Shown: positions 52,072-63,156 of the stretch, piece after piece
How the letters are laid out: every line of letters begins with the position of its first letter
Numbering within the stretch: position 1 is the first letter of the stretch
From: Octopus vulgaris
Lineage: Eukaryota
Assembly (NCBI GenBank): GCA_951406725.2
Contig: OX597820.1
Span: 111,786,001-111,850,000, forward strand
Direction of reading: 5' to 3'
Length of the DNA stretch: 64,000 nt
Program-made: the position numbers and the translations under genes
Notes under the pieces: model-generated
Database searches by the model: none
What the model saw: only the letters and a program-made list of their open reading frames with translations
What the model was told of the DNA's origin: nothing

Positions 52072-53883
52072 TATATAAACAGAAGATACAAATATTACAG
52101 GCATCCCCCCCACACACACACTAAATAAACATAGACGCACATAGAGATATAAGCATGCGCAAATGAAGACATACAATAGAAATACAAAATGGCTGACGGT
52201 TAGTAAGGAGAGACACAAATACGAAAGAAGAAAACAAAGGACCACTGATGCGGTCACAGGAGTGTGACAAAAGAACTCTGGCCGAAATAAGATTAAGATT
52301 AATGTAAAAAATAAATATCACTGAAGCAAAATAACACCAAATATATAGTGCGTGTGTTTTTATTGGCTAAACTGGCAATATGACCATTCCGAAATATAAC
52401 AATATCTGTTTCAACACACGACTTCACATAAAAAATCTTGCACAACAAATATTTAAACGTATATATATATATATATATATATAATGTAAAACAGAATTTG
52501 TGTTTGTGTGTGGTGCGTATGTCCCTTATGGATTCAAAAACTGAGTTGCCAATTTTGATGTATGAGATATCAAAAGATTCAGTAATCTTTAGACTACCAT
52601 ATGATGTCTGCTTTTTGCACAAGAACTCTATTTTTACTATAAAAATAACCTCGAAAACAAGGTCAGGATACACAATTTTGAGGTCATGTTCAGGCAATAT
52701 TTGGATTTGTTTCTAATCTATGCTGCCAATTTTAATGTTTTTGATGTCAAAAAATGCAGCAGTTTTATGAGTGCATTTGTGAGGCATAAAACCCTATTTG
52801 TCAATGGTCAAATGAACAAAAACCATGCTTTTTGGGAGCAATTATTGGCATATTTTCCATCAATAATGGCCTTTGTGCCACAACTAAGCTGCCAATGTGA
52901 ACATCTTCAGTATTCCATGATTAAACAATGTCGTTGAAGTATTGTGATGCCATTTCTTTGCACAAAGCCCTATTTTTCAACAGACTAATGAACCATGTTC
53001 TGGCATAATTGTGGCATTACTACCAAAAACAATTTGTCTGTGTAGATTTTTTTAGTAACAAACAACTCAGGAATGCCAAAAGAGCATTCTCAGATTTAAA
53101 TTCAATAAAATTTCCTCAAGGATCAAGCACAGTAAGAGCTTATATTTGTTCAAGTGTGGTAAAGATGTGAAGCAATGACTAAAAGCTTTCAAGCTTTTTT
53201 GTCTTTAACATTTTTCTCTTTATTCAACCCAATTTATGCAAAGTCACTTATTATTATTTATTCATGCCTATTATTCATTCCATAAGCCACAAAGTTTGTA
53301 AGGATTTTGCTACAATCTCTGTATTTTTCACGGAGGTTGAGCAGGTGGTGTGATGGAAAAAATGTCTGACCTGATGACCTCAGTGAAGACAACAACAACA
53401 CTGTGCATCTATGCAAGGGCAAATTAAGGTTACATACACTTATGAGTTCACTCACAAGGCATGTCCCTTCACTGGTTGGGATGCACACCGGGTTTATTGA
53501 TTGGTGCAATTTCAAATCACTAAAACTCGAGAACTACCCAACAACTTCATTCAAATTTTACACAGGGTTCATGCAGTGTCACAGGCCAAAATAATTTTCA
53601 ACTTCTTACCTAACATGAGCCTGAAGTAATCTCTTATCTCTTACACTATTTCAGTATTATATGTCAAAAGCGAAACAATAACATCTCTATTGTAATGTGA
53701 TTTACTCTTATACTGAAAATTTTATATACTTTCACTATTAATACTGAAACTATTATCTCATATATACATGCATACACACACACATATATTATGTATATAT
53801 GTGTATGTGTGTATGTATATATATATATATATATATATCGTGTGTGTGTGTATATATATATGTGTGTGTGTGTATGTGTGTAT

Positions 53884-53923
<40 letters not shown>

Positions 53924-54924
53924 GTGAAATAGAAAGATGAATAATCTTGTAGCAGATTAATCAAAAGTTTAACCAATACCTTGGTAGCAAAAATCACAGC
54001 AGAAGACAGCACGGTTGGAGGTACAACCATATGGTGTTGCAACCGTGCGTTGGTGCGGATAATTGAATTTTAATATTATTAGTGAATTGAAGAAATGGAG
54101 CTGAACGCTTATAAATAATACCTGCACCCGGTTACACTACTTATATGAAAATAGCCCTTGGTAATAAATTCTGAAAAAGCCTTTAAGAGAAATTTGATTA
54201 ACCACTGCAAGGGGAATTACTCCTGTGAGATGAATGGGGCTTTGTTTTTGACGACGGGGAGTTTCTTTGACAAGGCATGATTAGACGAACACACGCACAC
54301 ATAAAACATAAAATATTTTTCTGCCGCCCGACGGTTTTTACTGCAGTGACCATTGTGTAGAGCTGTTTAACAACTGTCAGCCGCGCGATCAAACGCACAC
54401 ACGTACACAAAAAATGTTTTCTACCCCTTGACGGAGTTCTCAGCAGTGACAAGAAAATAGCGCTTCTTACCAACTTGCGCCAGCACACATATATAGAACA
54501 GTAAACACACACATGTCTCTAAGTAGATTTTGTCTCGCCCCATATAATACATCCAATATTCTTTAAATAGTCAGAACTTTACTCTCGGTCACAAAGAACA
54601 TCTACACACCCAGTGCCCTCAACCACAGGAATGACCGCTGCCTGACCCGTTAAAATCTTCAACGCACCCACCACCCGTTCTCAACATACACTGATAAACA
54701 GTTTGGCCATGGGCTCTTAGGAGCCTAGTTCGATTTGTTTTGCTCCGCCTCTGTTCTGTTTTTGTTTTTTCCAACGGATTTCCTATTTCTTCCTGAAGAG
54801 AAAGACACAATATGGTCTCATTATTCAATCGGATTTTGGTAAATTGTGCCTTTCGTAACACGTGTAGAATGAAATAAAACGATTTCTGTTCAATCTTCGT
54901 TCAGCCCCATTTCTTCAATTCACT

Positions 54925-54969
<45 letters not shown>

Positions 54970-55155
54970 TATATGGATGTATATATGTGCATATACATCT
55001 TCACATATATATGTATATATATATGTATATATATATATGTATATATACATATACGTATATATATATAGTTAATCCAAACATGAAAGCACAAAAAAAACAC
55101 AACACGAGGATGTGGAACAAATATAGTATTATTGGACGCTAAGGAAAGAAGGAGG

Positions 55156-55190
55156 GTTTAACGTTTCGAGCGGAGCTCTTCGTCGGAAAC
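55156..55190 (-). ncRNA. Minimal type I hammerhead ribozyme in a pLTR-like remnant (~55068-55235)
   Basis: GUUU-CCGACGA-A-GAGC ucc GCUC-GAAA-CG-UU-AAAC; palindromic stem III (AACGUU). Confidence 0.65.
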
Positions 55191-55254
55191 ATAGGAGAAG
55201 GAAAGATCTAGAGAAGGGAAGACAGCGGAAAAAAACTGTAGTTGTGTGAGTGTC

Positions 55255-55735
55255 TGTCCCCTTCGATTTAGATTCCTAACTACTCCCACATTTTGCGGTG
55301 CAGTTTAACCAAATTCAGGTATCTTATAGTCGTGATTCATATCGAGCCCGTCTGGATATTAACGCGCGTCTACGATGAGTCTACGATTTTAAAAATAATT
55401 TAACATAATTTTTTATTCCATTTTAATGCATAATTTTTTGTGTGTCGATGGCGGCGGAGTTGGCGTCCATGGTCACACCTGCACCTGTTTGCTTCTCCCC
55501 CTCCTTCCCTCCCTCGTGAAGCTGTGGGGAAGGGAGTTTAAGGAAATCAACGTCGTAAAGCGTTGTCAAGGAGACCAGCGTTCTTTTAGAACAACGACTT
55601 CATGGCTTGAAGACACCAAAACAGAAATGGCTAAGAAAGCCCGAATTGGCATCTATAAGGGAAGTAACTCTCTAAAAATGCTTATATAGTTATTTCCCTT
55701 ACAAACCCGAGCAACGCCGGGTGATACTGCTAGTA
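55255..55735 (-). mobile_element. Non-autonomous Helitron/Helentron-like element
   Basis: Terminus ACTAGCAGTATCACCCGGCGTTGCTCGGG with short hairpin; CpG-rich; sits next to (TA)n. Confidence 0.5.
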
Positions 55736-55839
55736 TATATATATATATATACACACACATATATATATATATACATATATATATATGTATATATACATAT
55801 ATATATATGTGTATATATATACATGTATATAAATCCTTA

Positions 55840-56232
55840 AATCCTTAAAAATGTTTTAGCCCGAAGGCTGCGGCCATGCTGGGGCACCACCGCTGAATGA
55901 GCTACACAAATATGTGAATCCACCTCTGATACGTGGTACTTGATCAACAAGGGAGTTCGATGCTGCTGCCCGCATCCGCATCTCCTGTCATGAGGTAGGT
56001 TCATCTGGGACTCCCGACAAGAAGAGATCCAGTTTAGTTTTAAAGAAACCCACATCTACACCATGTAAGTCTCTCAGGCATTTAGGGAGGATGTTAAAGA
56101 GCTGTGGTCCTCTGAAACCCAAGCTGTTGCAGTATCTGGACCTGTATTTTGATGGTGATGTTGGAAACTTTGGCACCATGCAGTGGCGCCCCGTTCTGCG
56201 GTTGGGGTAACTTTGAATGCCAAAGTTTGGGA
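55840..56232 (-). mobile_element. 3' fragment of a CR1/L2-like LINE
   Basis: [30 protein letters not shown]-terminal ORF2 signature. Confidence 0.7.
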
Positions 56233-56300
56233 CATATATATACATATATGTATATATATATACATATGTGTATATATATATACACATATGTATATATATG

Positions 56301-56333
<33 letters not shown>

Positions 56334-56563
56334 ATATATACATATATATATACATATATGTATATATATATATACACATATATATATATATGTATATATA
56401 TACATATATGTTTATATATATATATACACATATGTATATATGTATATATTTATATATACATATACATATATATATATATACATATACATATATATATATA
56501 CATATATATATACCTATATATACATATATGTACATATATATACATATATGTATATATATATAC

Positions 56564-56620
<57 letters not shown>
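56233..56620. repeat. Compound (TA)/(CA)/(TG) microsatellite
   Basis: ~390 bp of alternating purine-pyrimidine sequence; further blocks at 49705-49910, 53760-53920, 54928-55066, 57291-57420, 58108-58200. Confidence 0.95.
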
Positions 56621-56623
<3 letters not shown>

Positions 56624-57270
56624 TCAATCATCATCCTCATCATTTAGCGTCCGTTTTCCATGTTAGCATGGGTTGGATGGTTCAACTGGGGTCTGTGAAG
56701 CCGGAAGGCTTCATCAGGCCCAGTCAGATCTGGCAGTGTTTCTACGGCTGGATGCCCTTCCTAACGCCAACCACTCTGTGAGTGTAGTGGTTGCTTTTTA
56801 CGTGCCACCTGCACAGGTGCCAGACAGAGCTGGCAAACGGCCACGAATGTATGGTGCTTTTACGTGCCACCGGCACGGGGGCCAGGCGAGGCTGGCAACG
56901 GACACGAACGGATGGTGCTTTTACGTGCCACCGGCACGGGGGCCAGGCGAGGCTGTCAACGGACACGAACAGATGGTGCTTTTACGTGCCACCGGCACGG
57001 GGGCCAGGCGAGGCTATCAACAGACACGAGCGGATGGTGCTTTTACGTGCCAAGCGTGGCTGGCAGTGGACACAAACGGATGGTGCTTTTACGTGCCACC
57101 GGCACGGAAGCCAGACAGGGCGGCACCGACAACGACCACGATCAGATGGTTCACTTAACCACAGCTGCAATTTCCACTGATGTTGATCGACCTCAATTTT
57201 GGTTCTGCTTTCTGATATCTGATTTGATTTGGTTTGATTTTGATTTTGATCTTGACTGTTCTCACTGGTC
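56620..57270 (+). mobile_element. SINE-like element with ~6 tandem ~58-bp units (56790-57150)
   Basis: Unit GGTGCTTTTACGTGCCACCGGCACGGGGGCCAGGCGAGGCTGGCAACGGACACGAACGGAT. Confidence 0.8.
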
Positions 57271-57336
57271 TTGCCGGGTCTTCTCACACATGTATATATA
57301 TATACATATATATACATATATGTATATATATATACA

Positions 57337-57385
<49 letters not shown>

Positions 57386-57555
57386 TTATATATACATATA
57401 CATATATATACATATATTTATGAAAAGAAAAACAAGATGCAAAGGATTTAGCGGTACATATGTTTCTGGCTTTATTGGACAGTTTATATCAATGCATAAT
57501 TGATGTAACATAGCCTTCTTCAGCCGCGTATATATCTGTGTGTATATATATATAT

Positions 57556-58104
57556 ATGGTGGCTGCCCCCTCGTTATCGAGTATGGCCATTACATGAAGC
57601 TTAATCAATGTTGTTATCGTGCAATGCCTGTGCAAGAAGATTTTTTTAAAGTGAGGAAAGGCTGTGCACTGAGTCAATCCCACTCACTAAGCAACAGCAG
57701 CCATAATCCAAAAAGAAGAACAAGTCAACATTATCAGTAACCACTGAGCCGCAGGTTTTATATCGGAGTTATCCCAGTTACCTGAGTTGCCTTCTCCTAG
57801 AAGGATGCCCTAACAAAGGCTGGGAGTCCTTCACTCCTAATGGTTTAACTGCGCGATCGGGTATTCAATTTGATTATTTCTATGTCCCCGCGCATGATAC
57901 ATTCCTAAGACATTTATTGGATGGCCGTTGACTCTCAAGCGTTCCTCTGCCCTTTGACGGGTTTTGCTTTTCATCCCACAGGGTGTCCAATAAACACCCT
58001 CCTCACCAAGCAAGCTTGGTGGGGTTGCCGGTTTAGTCGCTGACGACCCGACCATGCAACAGGTTGTACTGGGTTACATGTTACCAGTAGCACTCGAAAG
58101 TGAC

Positions 58105-58107
<3 letters not shown>
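57556..58107 (-). mobile_element. Short non-autonomous RTE-related element with a partial HDV-like ribozyme at its 5' end
   Basis: RTE-5'UTR-like motifs (CTAAACCGGCAACC, GGAGAAGGCAACTC); no ORF; both ends in (TA)n. Confidence 0.5.
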
Positions 58108-58192
<85 letters not shown>

Positions 58193-58292
58193 TATATATA
58201 TATCATCATCATCATCATCATCATCATCGTTTAACGTCCATTTTCCATACTAGCATGGGTTGGGCGGTTTGACTGGGGATCTGGGAAGCCAG

Positions 58293-58328
<36 letters not shown>

Positions 58329-58433
58329 GTATATATATATGCATATATACACACATATATATGATAAATCGCTAGCCACTACACATTCTTTATTTTCTCT
58401 CCTTGTTTATCTCCTTGTTTCTCTCTGTGTTCC

Positions 58434-58467
58434 TTTCTGTGGAAGAGCATAGGCTCGAAATGTTAAA
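58434..58467 (+). ncRNA. Degenerate hammerhead motif in a pLTR-like remnant (~58363-58560)
   Basis: UUU-CUGUGGA-A-GAGC auag GCUC-GAAA-UG-UU-AAA; A6 replaced by U. Confidence 0.45.
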
Positions 58468-58740
58468 AATTTTTTCACTTCCTGAGTGTTATACTAATAC
58501 ATTCGTTTGTTGTCTACACCACCTGTCTTTGTCTTTTGTTTGTTTGTGAATTCTCCCTATATATGTACCTATATACATAGCAAAACACTCCAGTAGAATA
58601 AGTAGGCTTACAAAGACTAAAAGGGGTGCTCTAGCATGTCTGCAGTCACATGACCGAAACAAGTAAAACAATAAAAAAAACTATGCCATTTTAATCCCAA
58701 GCAATGCCAGGTATCTCTTCTAGTATATATATATATATAT

Positions 58741-58943
58741 ATAATTGAAGAAAAGAAGAGTAAAAATGCTGCTTGCTAAAAATCAGAGTGATAGCATAAA
58801 AAAACCCACCAATCTTACAATAAATATACACTAGTATATTCATTTCCTTGCTCATGTGTATATTTATTGTAAGATTGGTGGTTTTTTGAAGCTGTCACTG
58901 ATTTTTAGCAAGCGGTATTTTTACCCTTCTTTTCTTCAATTAT
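58741..58943. repeat. ~90-bp-arm inverted repeat adjoining (TA)n
   Basis: 58741-58830 is the reverse complement of 58856-58943. Confidence 0.85.
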
Positions 58944-59295
58944 TGTTTATTATACCTGTATAGATAGAAGTCTTGCTAGCCATCTCATTATTACTGTTTA
59001 TTACAGTAATAATACTTTACATATTTACATTTTTATTATTGTTTAAGTAGAGACATGTTCTTTATCTATCTCCCTAACTTCTTGGAGATTTTAGGTATAA
59101 TTATACTAATGTGTCCATCTGTTCTAATTTAATTAAATTCTATGTCTTTGTGTAGCTGAAGATTGCTCTACATTTTAAATTGATGTAATGATTGCATTGT
59201 TCAATTAAATGGAGTTGCATGAAACGATCATACTGCATTACCTCTGGGTATCCTTGTTGCTTATTTTGATATATATATATATAATTAAACATATC

Positions 59296-59510
59296 CTGTT
59301 GTGTCTAGGGAGAGTCATTCAGTTTTAGTGCCTTATAATTTAACACTGGTAAAATTTCCACTAATTTCTTTTTTATTTTTCTAAAATTTTCGTTGCATCT
59401 TGCAACCTTTTGAATAGTTTTGACTCTGGAGTCAAAACTATTCAAAAGGTTGCAAGAGTGTATTAAATTATAAGGCACTAAAAGAGAATGACTCTCCCCA
59501 GATACAGCAG
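59296..59510. repeat. Nested inverted repeat with a perfect 29-bp inner stem
   Basis: 59398-59426 / 59429-59457 perfect; outer arms 59296-59347 / 59457-59510. Confidence 0.85.
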
Positions 59511-59605
59511 AATATGCTTCAACACATGAACTCACATAAAGAATCTTGCAAACCAAATCCAAAAATGAAATATAATTAAACATATATATATATATGTAAT
59601 TAATG

Positions 59606-59638
<33 letters not shown>

Positions 59639-60072
59639 TGTATATGTTTATATTTTTAAATCATAAAAACGGTAACCATTATATGTGTGAATGTATTTGT
59701 TGAGCTTCCATACAGTTTCTGTCTCCCAAATTTCATTCATAAATACTGTGTGTACACAGTGATATCAAACCCCAAGACCCTGAAGTTATGAACCAAACTT
59801 TTTTAAATACACAGCCATGTCTATGCCAAATATAAATGTTACTATCCAATTTTCATCAGAATATGCTATTCTGCTGATGACTTAATGCGTAAGTACATAA
59901 TTATCCTTCATGAAGAAATAATGTTTCATCCTTTGTGTCTGGTGAGGAATTAGGACCAACAACTGAACTGATTAGGAACAACTGAACAGATTAAGGCAAG
60001 TGTTTTCTACTATAGCCTTGGGTCAACCAAAACCTTTTGAGTGGATTTGCTAAATGGAAACTGAAAGAAGCC

Positions 60073-60115
<43 letters not shown>

Positions 60116-60839
60116 TATGTTTTTGTTTGTGTGTCCCCCCACAATTGCTTGACAACCAATGTTAGTGTGTTTACGTCCCCATAATTTAGTGGTTCGGCAA
60201 CAGAGATTGATAGAATAGGTACTAGGCTTACAAAGAGTAAGTCCTAGGGTCGATTTGTTCAACTAAAGGTGGTGCTCCAGCATGGCCATAGTCACATGAC
60301 TGATACAGATAAAAGAATACACATGAGGAGATTAATATTCCAGAATATTATCTTAATAATAACTCAACTTGAAACTTTACACATTTTATTGGTTTTATTA
60401 TAGATAGTGTGAGGTTAAGCTACTAGGCCACTGTTCATCTGATCATGGGTTCAAGTCCTATCATAACCATTATACTGTGCTCCTGTAAGTTGCTCCAATT
60501 CACTTGACTGACAAATATGTAGTATTATTCCTACACCATGGTTATTCCTACACCAGTAAAAAGAGTTGTCAAACAGAAGACATTCTAGGAAAGATAAGTA
60601 TGTGCAAACAATAAAAATTGTAAAAGTAAAAAGACACCAATTTATTGGGATGGGGAAATAGGGTGTTATGAAGTTTCATTATTTTCCTAAGAACAGCATT
60701 AGTATGACTAATGTGAAAGCAAACACCATATTACCATATTGCAGATTTAGTTTATGAAGAGCTTTTTAAAAGTATATAGTAGTAAATGGTTAGAAAGACA
60801 AATAAATAGATGGAGAAAGAGGTAGATAGGTGGACAGGC

Positions 60840-60904
<65 letters not shown>
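60840..60904. repeat. (GATA)n microsatellite
   Basis: ~16 units. Confidence 0.95.
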
Positions 60905-60909
60905 TTTAA

Positions 60910-61135
60910 GGTGGTGAGCTGGCAGAAATGTTAGCATGCCGGGCGAAATGCTTAGTGGTATTTCGTCTGCCGTTACATTCTGAGTTCAAATTCTGCCAAG
61001 GTCAACTTTGCCTTTCATCTTTTCAGGGTTGATAAATTAAGTACCAGTTACGCACTGGGGTCTATTTAATCGACTTAATCCCTCTATCTGTCCTTGTTTG
61101 TCCCCTCTATGTTTAGCCCCTTGTGGGCAATAAAG
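60910..61135 (+). mobile_element. tRNA-derived SINE
   Basis: A box TGGCAGAAATG, B box GAGTTCAAATT; same family at 61967-62195. Confidence 0.8.
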
Positions 61136-61966
61136 AGATAAAAAAGAAATAAGATAGATATACAGACAGACAAACAGATCAATAGATAAGAGATAGATGG
61201 ATTAATGGGTAGACAGAGAGATAAATAAATAAGTAAATGGACAAATAGATGAATAGGTAGATAGGCAGATAGATAAATAAATAGATAGATGGATGGATTA
61301 GAAGGCAGGGGGATAGATAAGCAAATGTATACAAAATTATGTTATTTTCCATGGAAAAAATTTGAAAGCTGTTTTTTTTTGTGGGGTGGGGGTTACTATT
61401 TTTCTTAGCTGTAGTTTAAGTTATGAATTCAATACTGCAATCTCTTTATGCATTCCTCTTCACATTTAGTGAAACTTATAGTTATTACTGTTGCTTGCAT
61501 TCCTTTGAATAACACAAAGTGGTATTGTGTTGATTTTTAGTGACCCCAACACTCCTTTACTGATTCAGTGACCTAGAAAATTTCTTGATATATATTTATT
61601 TCATAATACTATAATAACACAACACCAGCAGAGCGAATACATACACACAAATACACATGCATACAAATCGTTTACGTGTCCTGTGTGTGTGTGTGCACAC
61701 GCGTGCGCACTTTGCGTGGGTGCATTGCGTGGGTATATAGATGTCTATATATCCATGAATCAGACAATTAATGATTTCTTTATTTGCCACCAGAGCATGA
61801 GCCAGACTAGCAATAAAAATCTGCCAGAAGGATATATACAAATACATTCTCAAGTCTCTTAATATATATTTATTATGTGTGGCAGAAGCAGTATTAGTTT
61901 AAATCTGCGTATCATATTTAAAACAGATACATCTTGAAAGCTTGATTAACTGTGGTATTCACTCAA

Positions 61967-62195
61967 GGTGGCGAGCTGGCAGAAACGTTAGCACGCTGGG
62001 CGAAATGCTTAGCGGTATTTTGTCTGCAGTTACATTCAGAGTTCAAATTCTGCCGAGGTCGACTTTGCCTTTCATCCTTTCGGGGTCGATTAAATAAGTA
62101 CCAGTTACACCCTGGGGTCGATATAATCAACTCAATCCGTGTGTCTGTCCTTGTTTGTCTGCTCTGTGTTTAGCCCCTTGTGGGTAGTAAAGAAA
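61967..62195 (+). mobile_element. tRNA-derived SINE
   Basis: Same family as 60910; CpGs better preserved. Confidence 0.8.
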
Positions 62196-62235
62196 TAGGT
62201 ATTTCATCTCAAGATAGCATCTATCATAGACATAC

Positions 62236-62800
62236 TTCTTTCTTCTTCTTTATGCCTTTAACCCTCCAACGCAGAGTATAGGGCACTTATAGTTGAATTC
62301 CATGTCACATAATTTTTGGCTTCTGTACTTATACCCTGCCAGGAATGTCCCCCTTTCTCTAGTTCCTTTTGTGTTGATCTCCACCACGAGTTCTTAGGCC
62401 TACCTCTCCTTCTATATCCAGCCGATTTCCACTGTAAAGCACTTTTCACTACATTTGGTGTGTCTTTTCTAATTGTGCTACCAATCCACTTCCACTTTTT
62501 CTTAAATATTTGCTCCCTAATCGAAACTTGATTTGTTCTTTGCCATAGCTCCATATTGCTTATGTGTTCAGGCCATCTAATTTTAAGTATACTACGCAAG
62601 CATCTGTTGATGAATGATTATATTTGCTTATTTGACTTAACTGTTGTTTGCCATGTCTCAGCCCCATACAATAACACCCTGAAGTGTCTTTATCCCATAC
62701 ATTCTTCATGTTTAACAGGCTTTCACAATACCATTTCCATGTCACTTTGTTGACTTCCACAGTGTTGGCAAATGTACCTTCTTCATCTTGAACACGTTTC
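62236..62800 (-). mobile_element. 3' fragment of an RTE-clade LINE
   Basis: ILKIRWPEHISNMELW..WKWIG..RRRGRPKNSW; (AAG)n-like tail. Confidence 0.8.
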
Positions 62801-63156
62801 ATTATGATGTCTCAGTTCTCTTGAACACAGTCTCATAATAAGTCATGCCTCTGATCCTCTTGTTATAGGACATGTGCACATGTCATCATTTCTGGGTGTG
62901 TATGTACGTGTATAAAGAGTAACAGGATGTTGTCTGAGTTTTTAGACGCAGCAAATGATTTCAGCTCAAATACTGGCGATTCATTGGTTAAAATTCGAAG
63001 AATTAAACTATGTTAAACTTACAAATTACAAATTTATCAAAAAACCCAAGTGAAAATAATGTTTTCTTTTGACACATTCTACCAATATATGAAGTTTCAA
63101 ATTGTTTAGTTAACTAGAAATTGTGTTGAAATCTGGCTATCAAAAGGAAAAGATCC

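Larger units (their letters stand above)
49207..52460 (-). mobile_element. Penelope-like retroelement (RT + C-terminal GIY-YIG; probably Naiad-type), 5'-truncated, with inverted pseudo-LTRs
   Basis: RT motifs LYGLHKDHK, RPVC, SMDVVSLYPSI, GAAIG, RYVDD, LPVLD, YYAKPM; linker CxxxxCxxC; VVYSIRC..YVGET..R..EH..E..PSLN; ~330-bp inverted repeats 49207-49537 / 52072-52405; flanked by (TA)n. Confidence 0.92.

Noticed and set aside
56790-57150. Regularly spaced repeats resembling a CRISPR array
   Set aside because: Units are homologous over their whole length with no unique spacers; eukaryotic SINE context; no cas genes.
55988-57503. Long YI/IY-rich ORFs (up to 210 aa) and overlapping ORFs in the 58-bp repeat
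   Set aside because: Stop-free translations of (TA)n microsatellites and the SINE minisatellite.
60910-62195. tRNA genes
   Set aside because: A/B boxes belong to SINE heads; no cloverleaf.
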